A DNA stretch of 63,508 bases, the filler included, from Octopus bimaculoides (lineage: Eukaryota), in NCBI RefSeq assembly GCF_001194135.2. It is 5 parts of 5 records of this genome, joined end to end, with 100 filler letters (N's around TTAATTAATTAA, not from the genome) between each part and the next. Parts side by side here need not be neighbours in the genome. Positions count along the whole stretch, not along the records: positions 40,833 to 52,445 come from NC_068999.1; positions 52,546 to 62,123 come from NC_069002.1; positions 62,224 to 63,508 come from NC_068982.1; 2 more parts are not named here. One strand, written 5' to 3'. The notes under the pieces were generated by a model. It was not told where the DNA came from and searched no databases. It was given only the letters and a program-made list of their open reading frames with translations. How positions within the stretch are numbered: position 1 is the first letter of the stretch; each line of letters starts with the position of its first letter. Shown here piece by piece: positions 50,715 to 63,508 of this stretch. The translations under genes were made by a program, and so were the position numbers.

Positions 50715-50715
<1 letters not shown>
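49512..50715 (+). mobile_element. R4/Dong-like LINE 3' part (continuation of 46240-47132)
   Basis: EDWMLLLVFKHE, CRFC.TIDHLVS, ANRPDIVI, EFDKLNKYKDLEIEIQKMW...VPVIVGALG; ends in (AAT)n. Confidence 0.88.
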
Positions 50716-51913
<1,198 letters not shown>

Positions 51914-51964
51914 TATAAATAAATAAATAATTTTATTAGCCACAGGGGCTGACATAAAACAATA

Positions 51965-52445
51965 TGATAATAACAATAGAAGCATAATTTCGGCAATAAA
52001 CTTGCGCGCAGTCGCAGTAGTTGGTTATGGCACTGGAATCCTAATGTGGACAGAGAAGAAGCTAAAGGAGATGGACAGGAAGTCAAGAAAGCTCCTCTCG
52101 ATGCATGGAGCCCATCATCGATGAGCAGGCACTGATCACCTTTACACGAAGAGAGCAAATGGAGGAAGGGGACTGATAAGTGTGGAAGATTGCGTGCGTA
52201 TCGAAATCGAGAACTTAATGAGATACCTAGCCCAAAGTATAGAAGCCTTGCTAGTGACATTTAGGAACGAGGGAGTATTGACTGCAGAGCAAAAAGGGAA
52301 AACAAAGAAAGAAGTACAAAAAAGACATGAAGAAGAATAATGCAAGAAGGGACTACGCAATCAATGCCACGTAGCCACATCATAAGTTGCTGGGAAAAAT
52401 AGGTTGTATTGGCTGATGAAAGAAACCCTAAAAAAAGAGACTGAA
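51965..52445 (+). mobile_element. R4/Dong-like LINE RT C-terminal fragment
   Basis: WTEKKLKEMDRKSRKLLSMHGAHH...LYTKRANGGRGLISVEDCV. Confidence 0.85.
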
Positions 52446-52545
52446 NNNNNNNNNNNNNNNNNNNNNNNNNNNNNNNNNNNNNNNNNNNNTTAATTAATTA
52501 ANNNNNNNNNNNNNNNNNNNNNNNNNNNNNNNNNNNNNNNNNNNN
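52446..52545. other. Artificial scaffold-join spacer
   Basis: 44 N + TTAATTAATTAA (52490-52501) + 44 N. Confidence 0.97.
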
Positions 52546-52612
<67 letters not shown>

Positions 52613-55488
52613 TGTTATTATTATTATTTTATGATGTTTTCATCAAACTACAGAGAGCAGTTATGTGTGACTGGTAGATGTGTACTTTTTGTTTCTTCTG
52701 CTTTACTTTCTTTTATATTGACGTTATGTTATGTCTGCAGTGCCTAGTAGTTTTATTTCTTGTATAATGCACATACTTCTATCTCTAGGGATCGTCTCTC
52801 TGTTATTTTAAAATTATTATCCACGCACCACTTATCATAGAGAAACTTTCTGTTTTGAGTCTCCATATGTTAATTATCCGGATTCACAGACCTCTATATT
52901 TTGATGATTTCTCTACTTCTTTGTGATGCATTGCATTATCATCTGTTGGGTTTGAATTTTAACTTAGGCGATACGTCCTTCCTTGGTGGATCTTGACGAA
53001 CAACAGCCATTTAACCTACATAAGCGTTTGTGGGTGTATGTGTATGCTAGTGTGTATATGTGTGCAAGTGTGTTTATATGTGTATATATGTTATATGTGT
53101 GCGTGCGAGCATGCGTGGAATGGTGTATCACAGGTTATGGTCGGTCTTTCAATCTTTAGGCAAATTCCTCGTGCTGGTTTATACCATCTCCGCGAGAGTG
53201 GTCTAGAAAAGTTCCTGGTGGCTTTGAAAGATGCTATGCTAAATATCAACTTAGTATTTCAAAGCGAGGAAACGTTTATCTAATATATACTGTTCTAATT
53301 GCTATAGCAATTGCCTGTGTGTGCTCAGTGAAAATTCTATGCGGTTAGATAGGCCGAGTTATTTTGTGAGATAATTTCCTTGACGAAATTCCTTGAGAAA
53401 TAACAGTTACGAAATTCGAAACTGCTGTCTTTGAATAAAAGCATAACTCTATATATCCGCACCGGTTTATATTAGTATTTAAACATACCATCATCACTCA
53501 TATAACCGTCAAGATTATCTTGTATTAAAACATCCTATTAAACGTTTTCAAAAGAAGACACAACCACAAAGGATGATAAATGTTGCTTACTTCCTGAATT
53601 AGTCGTCTTGTGTCATTTATATTTTGGTTAGAACTTGTTATATCGATCCGTATTTATGATATGGTTTATCATTTCGACCGGAAAAGTACACTGATTTAAA
53701 TTCAAATTGCTTGTCAGTTTTAGGATTTTAGAAATAAGAAATAATGAATACGGATTGATTGCTTGCTTCACTCAACCATACAATTACGCCAATACCATCG
53801 AATTCATTAGATCGACTCAATTATTGGAAAACATTTTCATTTTGTTCGTTTTTTTTTTTAGAGTTTAAAAGAACGTTATATAACTTTTTGCTGTCCTAAT
53901 ATGTAATTGACAGAAATCGTCGAGACACTGTCAATACCTTTCTCAAAACTACTACTACTGCTTCTAATACTAATACTGTTTCTGCTGCTGCTGTTGCTGC
54001 TGCTATTCTACTGCTACTGATTGTGTTACATGATCAAAGGAAGGATATCATCGATTTAATCGGTATGTTATCTTTTATTTTTTCTTATCTTTTACTTGTT
54101 TCACTCACTAAACTGCGGCCATTCTGGAGCACCACCCTGAAGAATTTAACCCGAACGAATCAACTCCAGTACTTACTTCTTTTTAGTCTGGTACTAATTC
54201 CATCAAACATTTTCGTCAGAGCAGGGAGAGCAGGCAGAGGGAGAGAGATGTNNNNNNNNNNNNNNNNNNNNNNNNNNNNNNNNNNNNNNNNNNNNNNNNN
54301 NNNNNNNNNNNNNNNNNNNNNNNNNNNNNNNNNNNNNNNNNNNNNNNNNNNNNNNNNNNNNNNNNNNNNNNNNNNNNNNNNNNNNNTATAAACGATGGTC
54401 TTCCACACAGTTTCCATTTACAAATTTCACTCACAAAGCTTCGCTTGGCCTGAGGTTATAGTAGAAGACACTTGCTGAAGGTGTCACGCAGTGGGAATGA
54501 AACCTGAATCCCTGCGGCTGGAAAGCATCTTCTTACCACAGAAGCACGCTGGGAACATTATTTTATCGACTCGAAAAGAGGAAAGGTAACGTCGACCTCG
54601 AATGTGACTTCAGAACGCATAGAACCATTAAGGGTTTCGTCCAACCTGCTAACTCTTATATTGATTTCAAATTTTGACACAAGGCTAGCAAGGGGTAGAT
54701 GAAAGTCAATTAATCAAGTGGTATTTATTCTATCGATTCCAGAAGGATTAAAGGCAAAGTCGAATGTGAACACCGAACGTAAATACGTACGAAATACCGC
54801 TAAGCATTTTGCCCGGCGTGCTAAAAATTCACCCAGCTCACTGCCTTAGCTTACGGTTATATTAATCATTGTAGTAGACATCAACATTCACATAGTTCAT
54901 ACAGGCTTTACAGCATGAAATTTTAGAAGGTCGAATATATATGGGGCATGACAAATAAGTTATTTAAAATGGGCTGGAGACTCAAATATGTGGGGATAAG
55001 TTTAAACTTTATGAAGAGAAAATGAAAATAATTATTCAGAATTAGGTATGGCTGTGTGGTTAAAACGTTCCTTTCATAACCACTTAATTTTTGGTTCAGT
55101 TCTTGCGCGCAGTGCCTTGTGCAAGTGCCTTATATATATATATATATATATATNNNNNNNNNNNNNNNNNNNNNNNNNNNNNNNNNNNNNNNNNNNNNNN
55201 NNNNNNNNNNNNNNNNNNNNNNNNNNNNNNNNNNNNNNNNNNNNNNNNNNNNNNNNNNNNNNNNNNNNNNNNNNNNNNNNNNNNNNNNNNNNNNNNNNNN
55301 NNNNNNNNNNNNNNNNNNNNNNNNNNNNNNNNNNNNNNNNNNNNNNNNNNNNNNNNNNNNNNNNNNNNNNNNNNNNNNNNNNNNNNNNNNNNNNNNNNNN
55401 NNNNNNNNNNNNNNNNNNNNNNNNNNNNNNNNNNNNNNNNNNNNNNNNNNNNNNNNNNNNNNNNNNNNNNNNNNNNNNNNNNNNNNNN

Positions 55489-55522
<34 letters not shown>

Positions 55523-57316
55523 TCACACAAACTTGTTACCAGTTCAAATATGCTTGACGCATTGAGGCATATTCGAACCCGTGGAAAAAAGAACCATTCG
55601 CCGTATTTTGCCATGAAGAAAAATCTCGCTGGAGATAGAAGCGAGAAATTTCTTCCTAACAAAATACAGTGAATAACTTTCTTACGGGTGCAGATACACC
55701 TCAAATGTATTTCATCGCTCATGACCACCGCAAATAATTTAAAAACAACGAAGTAGTCCTTCCACTTGCTTCCTTTTCCAATTGATGATTATTATGAGCG
55801 CTTAAGAGAACTGTACATATTAATGTGAAGTTAATAGGAAACTCTCCGTGGCAGTTAAAGCGGAAGAGTCTTCCTCATATACTGCACCTTACCGTCTTAG
55901 AAAGGAAGAACTCATTTTACATAGAATAATGTGAGACTAGACATATTTCTAAAATAAATGAGCGAGTTACAACTGGCATATTCGTTACCATCCTGTCCAT
56001 TAAGCGAAAAATCCAGTTGTAGTTTCTGATTACTAGGCACTCGGGTTTTGTGCGCACTGGTCTGATGGTGACCCTTAACCCTGTATAAATTTCTATCACA
56101 TAATATAATTTGTGCCTACTCCTGTAGGTATATATACATGTATATGGCTGGTATATTTCTAGGGAACACGTTTTCAATGTAGAAATATCAAAAATAGTTT
56201 ACTGACGTCTGTGTTATTGATCTAGCATGATACCAACCTGCCACTCTGTTCAACGAGCGCTTAAGCAAATTATTTAATGTATTATTTTTTTCTATCGTCT
56301 GTTCATGGTGACATTGCTTCTATTACATCATCCATCATGTTATATATTTATTTGTTTCTAGACATTGGTTTGTCTCAAATGAACGAAACCACACAACAGA
56401 TGCTGCAGCACTGAGAAATTGATTCACTTACTGAAAGGCGACATGTCACTCTGTTGATAGTCCGATGGCTACAATATGACAAACCAAATGCATAGATTTT
56501 TTGGATGCAAATTTTTCCGGGTGTTCTTCCATTTCTCATTTACAAATGAAGCAGAGTCAAATTAATTCTCTAAAGCAGAGATTCACAACAACTTTTCCGC
56601 TATTGACTCCCGCTGATTCCTATTGTACTCCGCTAGACATTCATAGCCATTCGATGTTTAAAAAGAGTCTATTGCATTTTTTTATATATATATATATAAT
56701 TAAATAATACGAATTATATTAAAAAATCTTGAAATATGGTATGTATTATAGAAGCACAACCAATTTATTGCGCATAAATCTTATACGGATCCCCAAGGGT
56801 CAGACGGTTGAGAGCTATAACTCAAAGTGCTTCACCTGCGCATCCTAACTAGAGAGTTTGCTTGTCGATACATGATGCTAAATCAGGATTGGCTACGACT
56901 GAGATGCCAATATGCAAAAGCTAACAAGACAAGTCGTCGAAAGCCGACCGTGGTTTACAAGTAGAGACAATACCCTCCACTTGACCAGCTGTCACCACAA
57001 ATATCAACATATTTATGGTTTGTATAAAATGCCGCTTGGCATTATAGTGATAAATGACAGCAGAAAACTAAAATATAGGCATAATAAAAGCAATTTGTAA
57101 CGAGAAATATGTTTATCTCTTTTTCATGGAATATTTAGAGAATGACTAAAAATAAAAGACGAATTCTTAATAAAAGATGGCGTTGTATCTTCGCGCAGTA
57201 GCAGAGACGAGTGTGGCTTGATGTGTAACTTGATACGCACACAAAACACTGACATCACACACATGCACAGGTGCACATATATATGCATATGTATGTATAC
57301 ACATACACACACACGC

Positions 57317-57359
<43 letters not shown>

Positions 57360-57373
57360 AACACATTATTATA

Positions 57374-57423
<50 letters not shown>

Positions 57424-57454
57424 CATTATCATCATCATTAATATTATTATTAGA

Positions 57455-57670
57455 AGGCGGCGAGCTGGCAGAATGGTTAGCTCGCCGGGCGAAATGATTA
57501 GCGGTATTTCGTCTGCTGCTACGTTCTGAGTTTAAACTCCGCCGATATCGATTTTGCCTTTGATCCTTTCAGGATCGATAGATTAAGTACCAGTGAAACA
57601 CTTGTGTAGATGTAATCGACTAGTCCCCTCCCCCAAATTTCCGGCCCTGTGCCTATAGTAGAAAGAATTA
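57455..57670 (+). mobile_element. tRNA-derived SINE, CpG-intact copy of the 29031 family
   Basis: ggcggcgagctggcagaatggttagctcgccgggcgaaatg...gcctttgatcc...taagtaccag. Confidence 0.85.
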
Positions 57671-57699
57671 TTATTATTATTAGTAGTAGTAGTAGTATT

Positions 57700-60600
57700 T
57701 TTTGTCTTTGCATAGCTTGTAACGCTGGAGATGTACTACGTGTCAGCTGTTCACTACCAGAGAACTAAGATAACCCCTCTTATTTTGTGAGTACCATCCG
57801 GAGTATTCGAGAAGTTCAAAGCAGTGCTGTTTTCTGCAAGTGCTCCACCCTTATCGCAGCCCATGTTTGTTCCACGTACTTCTCGAGATTTTTGCTCACT
57901 GTTCCCAGGGCTCCAACAATTATTGGTACTACTACCACCTTTTTCAGTAATCACAACTGTTTAACCTCCCGAGATAACCTGTCATATCTATCGACTTTCC
58001 TTTCTTCCTTATCGTATACCATGTTGTCAGCTGGGCATGCTATATCTGTGATCCAGCACCGTTTGCTTTCTATCTCATTTAACACTATATCTGGTTTCTT
58101 GATCTCTATCTCATGGTCGCACTGAATCATAAACTCCCATAAGATCTTTGCATTATCATTTTCGATGATGCCTTCGGGTTTATGTTTCTACCATATTTTT
58201 GCTCTGTTAAGTCCATACTTGTTGCAAAGCGTGCAATGGACAATCGTTTCTATATTGTCATGACGTCTCTTATATTCTTTCTGGGTTAGTGGCGTACATT
58301 GACTGGTAGTGTGCCATACGGTTTCACCATTGTGTCCACAAATTCTGCACTTATCGCTTTCTGATCTGTTGTCTATTCAGCATTTGACGTAATTCGTTCT
58401 TAATGTTTGCTCTTGGGCAGCACAGACTGGAGCCAAAGTCTCCGGTTTTAAGTCACCTTTATTCATCCATAGCTATCTTTTTTCTCTGTCTGTATTATCT
58501 TCAACATCCATATGAAATTGTTCATGCATTCTTTTCTTCATCCACCTATTTTCAGTTCCATTCATTCTCAAGTCCTTGTACAGTACTTCATCTTTGCAAT
58601 CTTGCATCCTACACAAGCCTGGCTTTCTTATTTCCAATAATAGTGGTCCTGTAGCATTTTGTACATACCATGCTATGTTGTTTTCGTCTGCTCTAATGCT
58701 ATCGTCGCATCCAATTAGTTCTGTTCCCCCTCTTTTTCTTGTTACATATAATCTGTCTGTATCATTGTTTAGGTAGAGTCAGCAACTTCCTTGTCTTTCT
58801 GTTTAAGCTATTTAGTTCTTCTATTACGCATGCGATTACCCCTGCTCCATGTATGAGGAGTGAAACTGTCCTGATTTTGATAGCCTCAGTCTTATTCTGT
58901 CCGTTTAATTTCGACTTACGGATCAGTCTCAGTCTGCCCAAGTACTCTACCTTAAATTTCTTTCTCCATCAATTTATCCATTTCCAATATCCCCAAGTAC
59001 TCATAGCCCGTCACTTCTATTTCCTTAATAACCTTTCCCCGACGGTATCTATAGCCCGTCCATACATTTAATTTTGCTTCTCTATAAGACTAACACACCA
59101 CACGTTTTCAGTCCAAACTCCATTCTGATAGCAGAACACCGTATCACCGAGGGAACTGACTTGGGCTTCATCTTTACCATAAAGTTTGAGGTCATTTATA
59201 AATAACAAATGGTTGATTTTTTGTTGGTGGCTCTTGAATACACACCCAGCCTTTGCTTTCCTCAGAATCAGTGTTAGTGGTATCATGCACAGTACAAAGA
59301 TCAGTGGGGACATGTAGTCCCGTTGGAAAATGCCTCTCCTGATTTCTATTGTCCCTAAACTTCTCGCTGTCAGTTCCGTCCTCCACTGCGCCATACTTTT
59401 TCCAAGCAATCGCTCAACATTCGATGTTAATATCAAATAGGTTCATACATTCTATAATCCAAGAACGTTAATCGATCCATGACATGGCTAAGTTACTTTT
59501 CCTCATCTTGCAGTCTCTAAGTACAGTTTTGTCTACCAGGAGTTGATTCTCGGTACCTATTCTCTTACGCTTGCAACCCTCCTACTCATGTGGCAGGAGT
59601 CTATTTTTTCCAGATGTCCGTACATTGACTCTGTGATTACACCAGTCAATAATTTCCACATAAGTGGCAAGCAGCTTATTGGACTGTAATTGTCTATCGT
59701 ATTGCCTTTTTCAAGCACAGCACTGTCCTACCCAATATCAACCACTCTGGTATTACTTGGTTGGCATTTAAAAAGGCGTTGGGTTGTGCACCTATTTGTG
59801 CATGACATTCACCAAATCTTTTGATTCAGTAGCCTTGAACTCCATCTGGTTCCGGGGTCTTCCAGTTGCCCATTTATTATTATAATTTTTTTTTGCTGAT
59901 TTCCTTCAATTCCCTAACTGAAATGATTAGTTCTGCCTGTTTTGGACAGACTACTGTTTGTTTCAGTTCTTGCAACCATTCAGCATCCCTCTTGTGCTCC
60001 TTGTCTTTGCTCCAGATGTCACTCCAAAAACCTTTGTGTTTCAATGTTATCGGGTATCAACTATTCATCTGTACACTCTCCATTTATTTCTTTGTAGAAT
60101 CTCTTCTGATCTACTCTGAATAACCTCTTCTGCTGATATCCCTTCACTCTTTGGTCGTATCTTACTATCTTTGTTTTCTTTGCAACGATGTGCTGTTTGA
60201 GTTCCTCCAGTACTGCTTTCAGGCCCTTTCTTTCAATATCATACTTCCTGTTTAGTGCCCTATATTTTTGTTCATGCTTCCCCTTTTCTTTTCAGTCTAA
60301 CACAGAAATGTCCTTCGAGAGCATATCTAACCCTGCCTGGATTATTCTTTTCCGCCATGGAACTTTTCTTTTCTCACTCCCATTATATTTCTTTTTCTTG
60401 ACATCAACACCCACATTTTCCGCTACAAAAATACTTGCTGTCTTGATGATTCTTCTCCTGATGTAATTCAGAATTTCCTTCACATTTATCGTTACCTGGT
60501 TCAATTTCCACCGATCAAAATTATCGCTATCGTTCTCCTGTAACCTTACCTTTATTCTGTCGTACATTGCATTTTGCCCATCTGTCATGGCACCATTAGT

Positions 60601-60930
60601 TTTATTGTCTTGTTCCAAACCATCTCTATGTCTCTCATTGAGCAAGCTATCACTGTTCTTCTCCTGGCGTTTCTTAGAAATTTCACCTCTGTTTTCTGCT
60701 ATGCGATTATTTTTATCAGTAGAAACTGTATTTCCATCGTTTTCTCTGCTGCTGTTTTCCAATATCCGTCTTTTGATAGCTTCGAGCTCTACTTCTGTGA
60801 ACCAACGATTTTTTTCTTCTTGTTCTAGCTTAATCACATAATCTCTGTTCTGTGAGTTAAAACAATCCCCTTTCTCTCCATTGATCATACATATGTTGTC
60901 GGTATCCCCTAAGATGAACACATTGTTGTC
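57700..60930 (-). mobile_element. Near full-length, degraded R4/Dong-like LINE (about 3.2 kb)
   Basis: N-terminal PWRKRI...L.KDISVL; RT (RRGIFQ.D.MSPLIF, HLLFI.DLKLY); restriction-like endonuclease at 57800-58200; many stops. Confidence 0.9.
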
Positions 60931-61799
60931 GTTATTATTATTATTATTATTATTATTATTGTTATCATCTACAAGAGCAAGTATGGGAAGACATCTCAAT
61001 CGCCGACCTAAGGAGGGCAGAAACGAAGGCTCATAACTAACGAAGGCCCGCTGAGCAAACTTCTTAGCGGTATTTCATCTTTCTTCACCTCCTCGGTCCC
61101 TATCCCGCCGAGGTCGGCTTTGTTTTTCACTCTTTTAGGGTCCATTAAATAACTACCAGTTACGCACAGGGGGCGGAAGTGGTAGTTATTCACTTGGTTT
61201 GTGCCTATATGAGTGAGAGAGCAGTACACGTTTCCCCTGCGCAGCTTAACTAGAGAGCTTCCTTGTAGGTACGTAATCCTAAATCAGGATTGAATACGAC
61301 TTAGTAACGACGGTGATGCCAATATTCAAAAGCTAACAAGTCGCCAAAAACCAGCCGTTGTCATGACCCTTGAGCTGGGGTCCAGATAGAATGTTCTTCA
61401 GATCGAGCAACCCATCCCATTCAAAAGGTCTCTGAATAAGGGTTGTTTAAGGATGTTGAATGAAACATCCATGTTTCTAGAGATGAATTATTCAAACCCC
61501 AAAGAATTCTTTTCAACACATGGCTATGATGTTCCCCCACTACTTCTACTCGTGATCTGAAATGCACATACCGTCAGTCATTAAGGGACATGCTCAACTG
61601 GTTAAGGTCAAGCAACTGACAAGCAAATCTGTGGTATTGAGCAGAATATTTGTTGTTGCCCATCTTTTATACAAGGACAACACAATGCATATGATAACAC
61701 TTCCAATCAGTTAAGATCAGAAGTCATGAGAACCACTGCCTGGTACTGTATCAGGGCATTGAGAGCCACTGCCTGGTACTGGATCAGTGCAATTATTAT

Positions 61800-62123
61800 T
61801 GTTATTTTATGTTTGACTTTTGTTTTGCATTTGTACAAGTTGGATCCAAGTCTCACCCAGAGACCTCAAGAGACAACAAGTTAGAAGTTCATGTAGGTGT
61901 TATGCCTAGGGTACCATATATTTGGATTTGTACAGTTTTGTTCAAGTGAATGTTTAAGAAACCATAAGAAAATTATGTGTTTGCTTTAAAATTTGAGATC
62001 ACATACACAGTATTTTACGTAGGATATGGGCAGTTCCTATGAGCACTATCTTTTGAACTTCAGCCATTTTGGGGTTTCCTGGTATCTGAGCTAGGTAGTA
62101 ATCAGCCCGTTTCGCTGTCATTC
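61800..62123 (-). mobile_element. R4/Dong-like LINE 3' end, same subfamily as 27462-27915
   Basis: Reverse-complement match to 27640-27915. Confidence 0.85.
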
Positions 62124-62223
62124 NNNNNNNNNNNNNNNNNNNNNNNNNNNNNNNNNNNNNNNNNNNNTTAATTAATTAANNNNNNNNNNNNNNNNNNNNN
62201 NNNNNNNNNNNNNNNNNNNNNNN
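62124..62223. other. Artificial scaffold-join spacer
   Basis: 44 N + TTAATTAATTAA (62168-62179) + 44 N. Confidence 0.97.
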
Positions 62224-62907
62224 GCGAGATGATACTTTCTCAAGATCAGCAAAGATATGCTACAGTACGTCAGATGGAGTCTCAATACAGAAGGGAGATG
62301 AGACTTTCCTAAGATCAGCAAATGCATGCTGCAGCACATCAAATGCAGTCTCAAGACAGAAACAAGATGATCTCAAGATCTCAAGATCAGCAGAGGCATG
62401 CTGCAGGATCATCTGGAAGGCACTTCCATCCAGTCAAAGGATTTTTTGAACAATATCAGACAATACAACTCTGCATTTCAAATGACATCGTTTGGTGCAT
62501 CTAAAGAGATAGCTGAACCTCTTACTCACAAATGAACAACTACAGTTACTCCAAATTTACTTTATGAGTGATGTAGGACAACAAACCTGAAGGAGGTGTC
62601 AAAACTTCAGACAATGGGTCGTGTTATATGCAGTGCTGACTGCTGCAAAGGAGAGTGTATCCACTGACAGCTTTATGGTGCATTCAAAAATCACATACCC
62701 CACTCCCAATTTTTCATGACAGTTTAGGGCCTGGTATGCTCCAAACAGATGCATAACATGTCACTTAGCTGAATTACCCCATCATTTACTCCACAAAAGT
62801 TTTGTCGTCAATGCTGCATTTTCCTATATCATCTGTTTCAAAATAACTGTAATATATATACAAGCTATGCCATTTTAATCCTGAGCAATGCCAGGTATCT
62901 CTACTAG
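62224..62907 (+). mobile_element. Internally deleted Helitron with an intact 3' terminus
   Basis: LEGTSIQSKDFLNNIRQYNSAFQMTSFGA and LLQIYFM (Rep N-terminal motifs); 3' hairpin cctgagcaatgccagg followed by CTAG-T at 62904-62908. Confidence 0.85.
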
Positions 62908-62984
62908 TATTTTATATATATATGTAAATATAACACAGTATCAGAGTATTGACCAGACTATCAGGTGCTGGTCATAATGTGCTT

Positions 62985-63508
62985 CCAATTCTGTCTTGAT
63001 GGCACCATTCTTTCCCATCTTGACCCAAACTGCTTAGTTAGATCAAAATTCCATTGTCATGAAGGCCTTGTTAAGTTGCCTATTCTGATCTCTTAGATAC
63101 CACTCAACAACTGTACAAGTCCACAAGTCAGAATTTGCAACATTTCAGGCCCAGTGGAACTTGTGCTTTCAGTATTCAGCAATCACATCATTCATTCTGC
63201 ACTGTTATTGAATGATTTCATTTCGAATATGTTCTTGTAATGATATTCCTAGCAGGGATCTTTCTATAACCCTTTGCATCATCACCAGTCATTCTATCCT
63301 TTTCATAGTAGTCCAAGTCTGACTTGCATATAAAAGCACAGATAGGATGGCACTATTGAAGTGTTTGACATGTATGGTATTGTCTATTTTTGTTTTGAAC
63401 ACATTCTTTCCATTCTGCCTTTTTTTTCTTTGCTAGACATATGCTCCATCATTCATGCACATTAACATTAGACATCAAGCAAAAGCACACAAATCTTATT
63501 TCTTGCTA
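62985..63508 (-). mobile_element. RTE-clade LINE C-terminal fragment
   Basis: MMQRVIERSLLGISLQEHIRNE...KFHWA...VEWY resembles RAMERSMLG.SL...IRNE...KW.WAGH...EW. Confidence 0.75.

Noticed and set aside
60292-60999. 235-aa ORF as a host gene
   Set aside because: It is the N-terminal region of the R4-like LINE read in from an (AAT)n tract.

Overview
AT-rich, gap-riddled eukaryotic DNA, most likely a cephalopod (octopus); this is inferred from the SINE/MITE families and the dense (TA)n, (AAT)n and (CAT)n microsatellites. Four identical 100-bp spacers (44 N + TTAATTAATTAA + 44 N) split the window into five assembled pieces, so order and orientation across them is not guaranteed. The only host gene I can name is the terminal coding exon of a ceramide-1-phosphate transfer protein (CPTP/GLTPD1, 37045-37546, minus strand); I could not find its first coding exon. 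An unidentified minus-strand spliced gene may lie at about 2.9-5.7 kb. Nearly everything else is transposon debris: two abutting mariners, a Penelope-like element, several R4/Dong-like LINEs, RTE and Tx1 LINE fragments, a rearranged Gypsy nested in an R4 copy, Tigger and Helitron remnants, hAT and piggyBac-like MITEs and many tRNA-derived SINEs. The most interesting signal is five minimal type-I hammerhead ribozyme motifs (2246-2301 -, 2457-2512 +, 8348-8400 -, 32285-32384 -, 40898-40981 +) from four unrelated sequence contexts. All have an intact catalytic core, a GUA cleavage triplet and a palindromic or near-palindromic helix III. Only one is linked to Penelope coding sequence. All alignments and folds were done by eye, and repeat boundaries are approximate unless a TIR, TSD or splice site is quoted.
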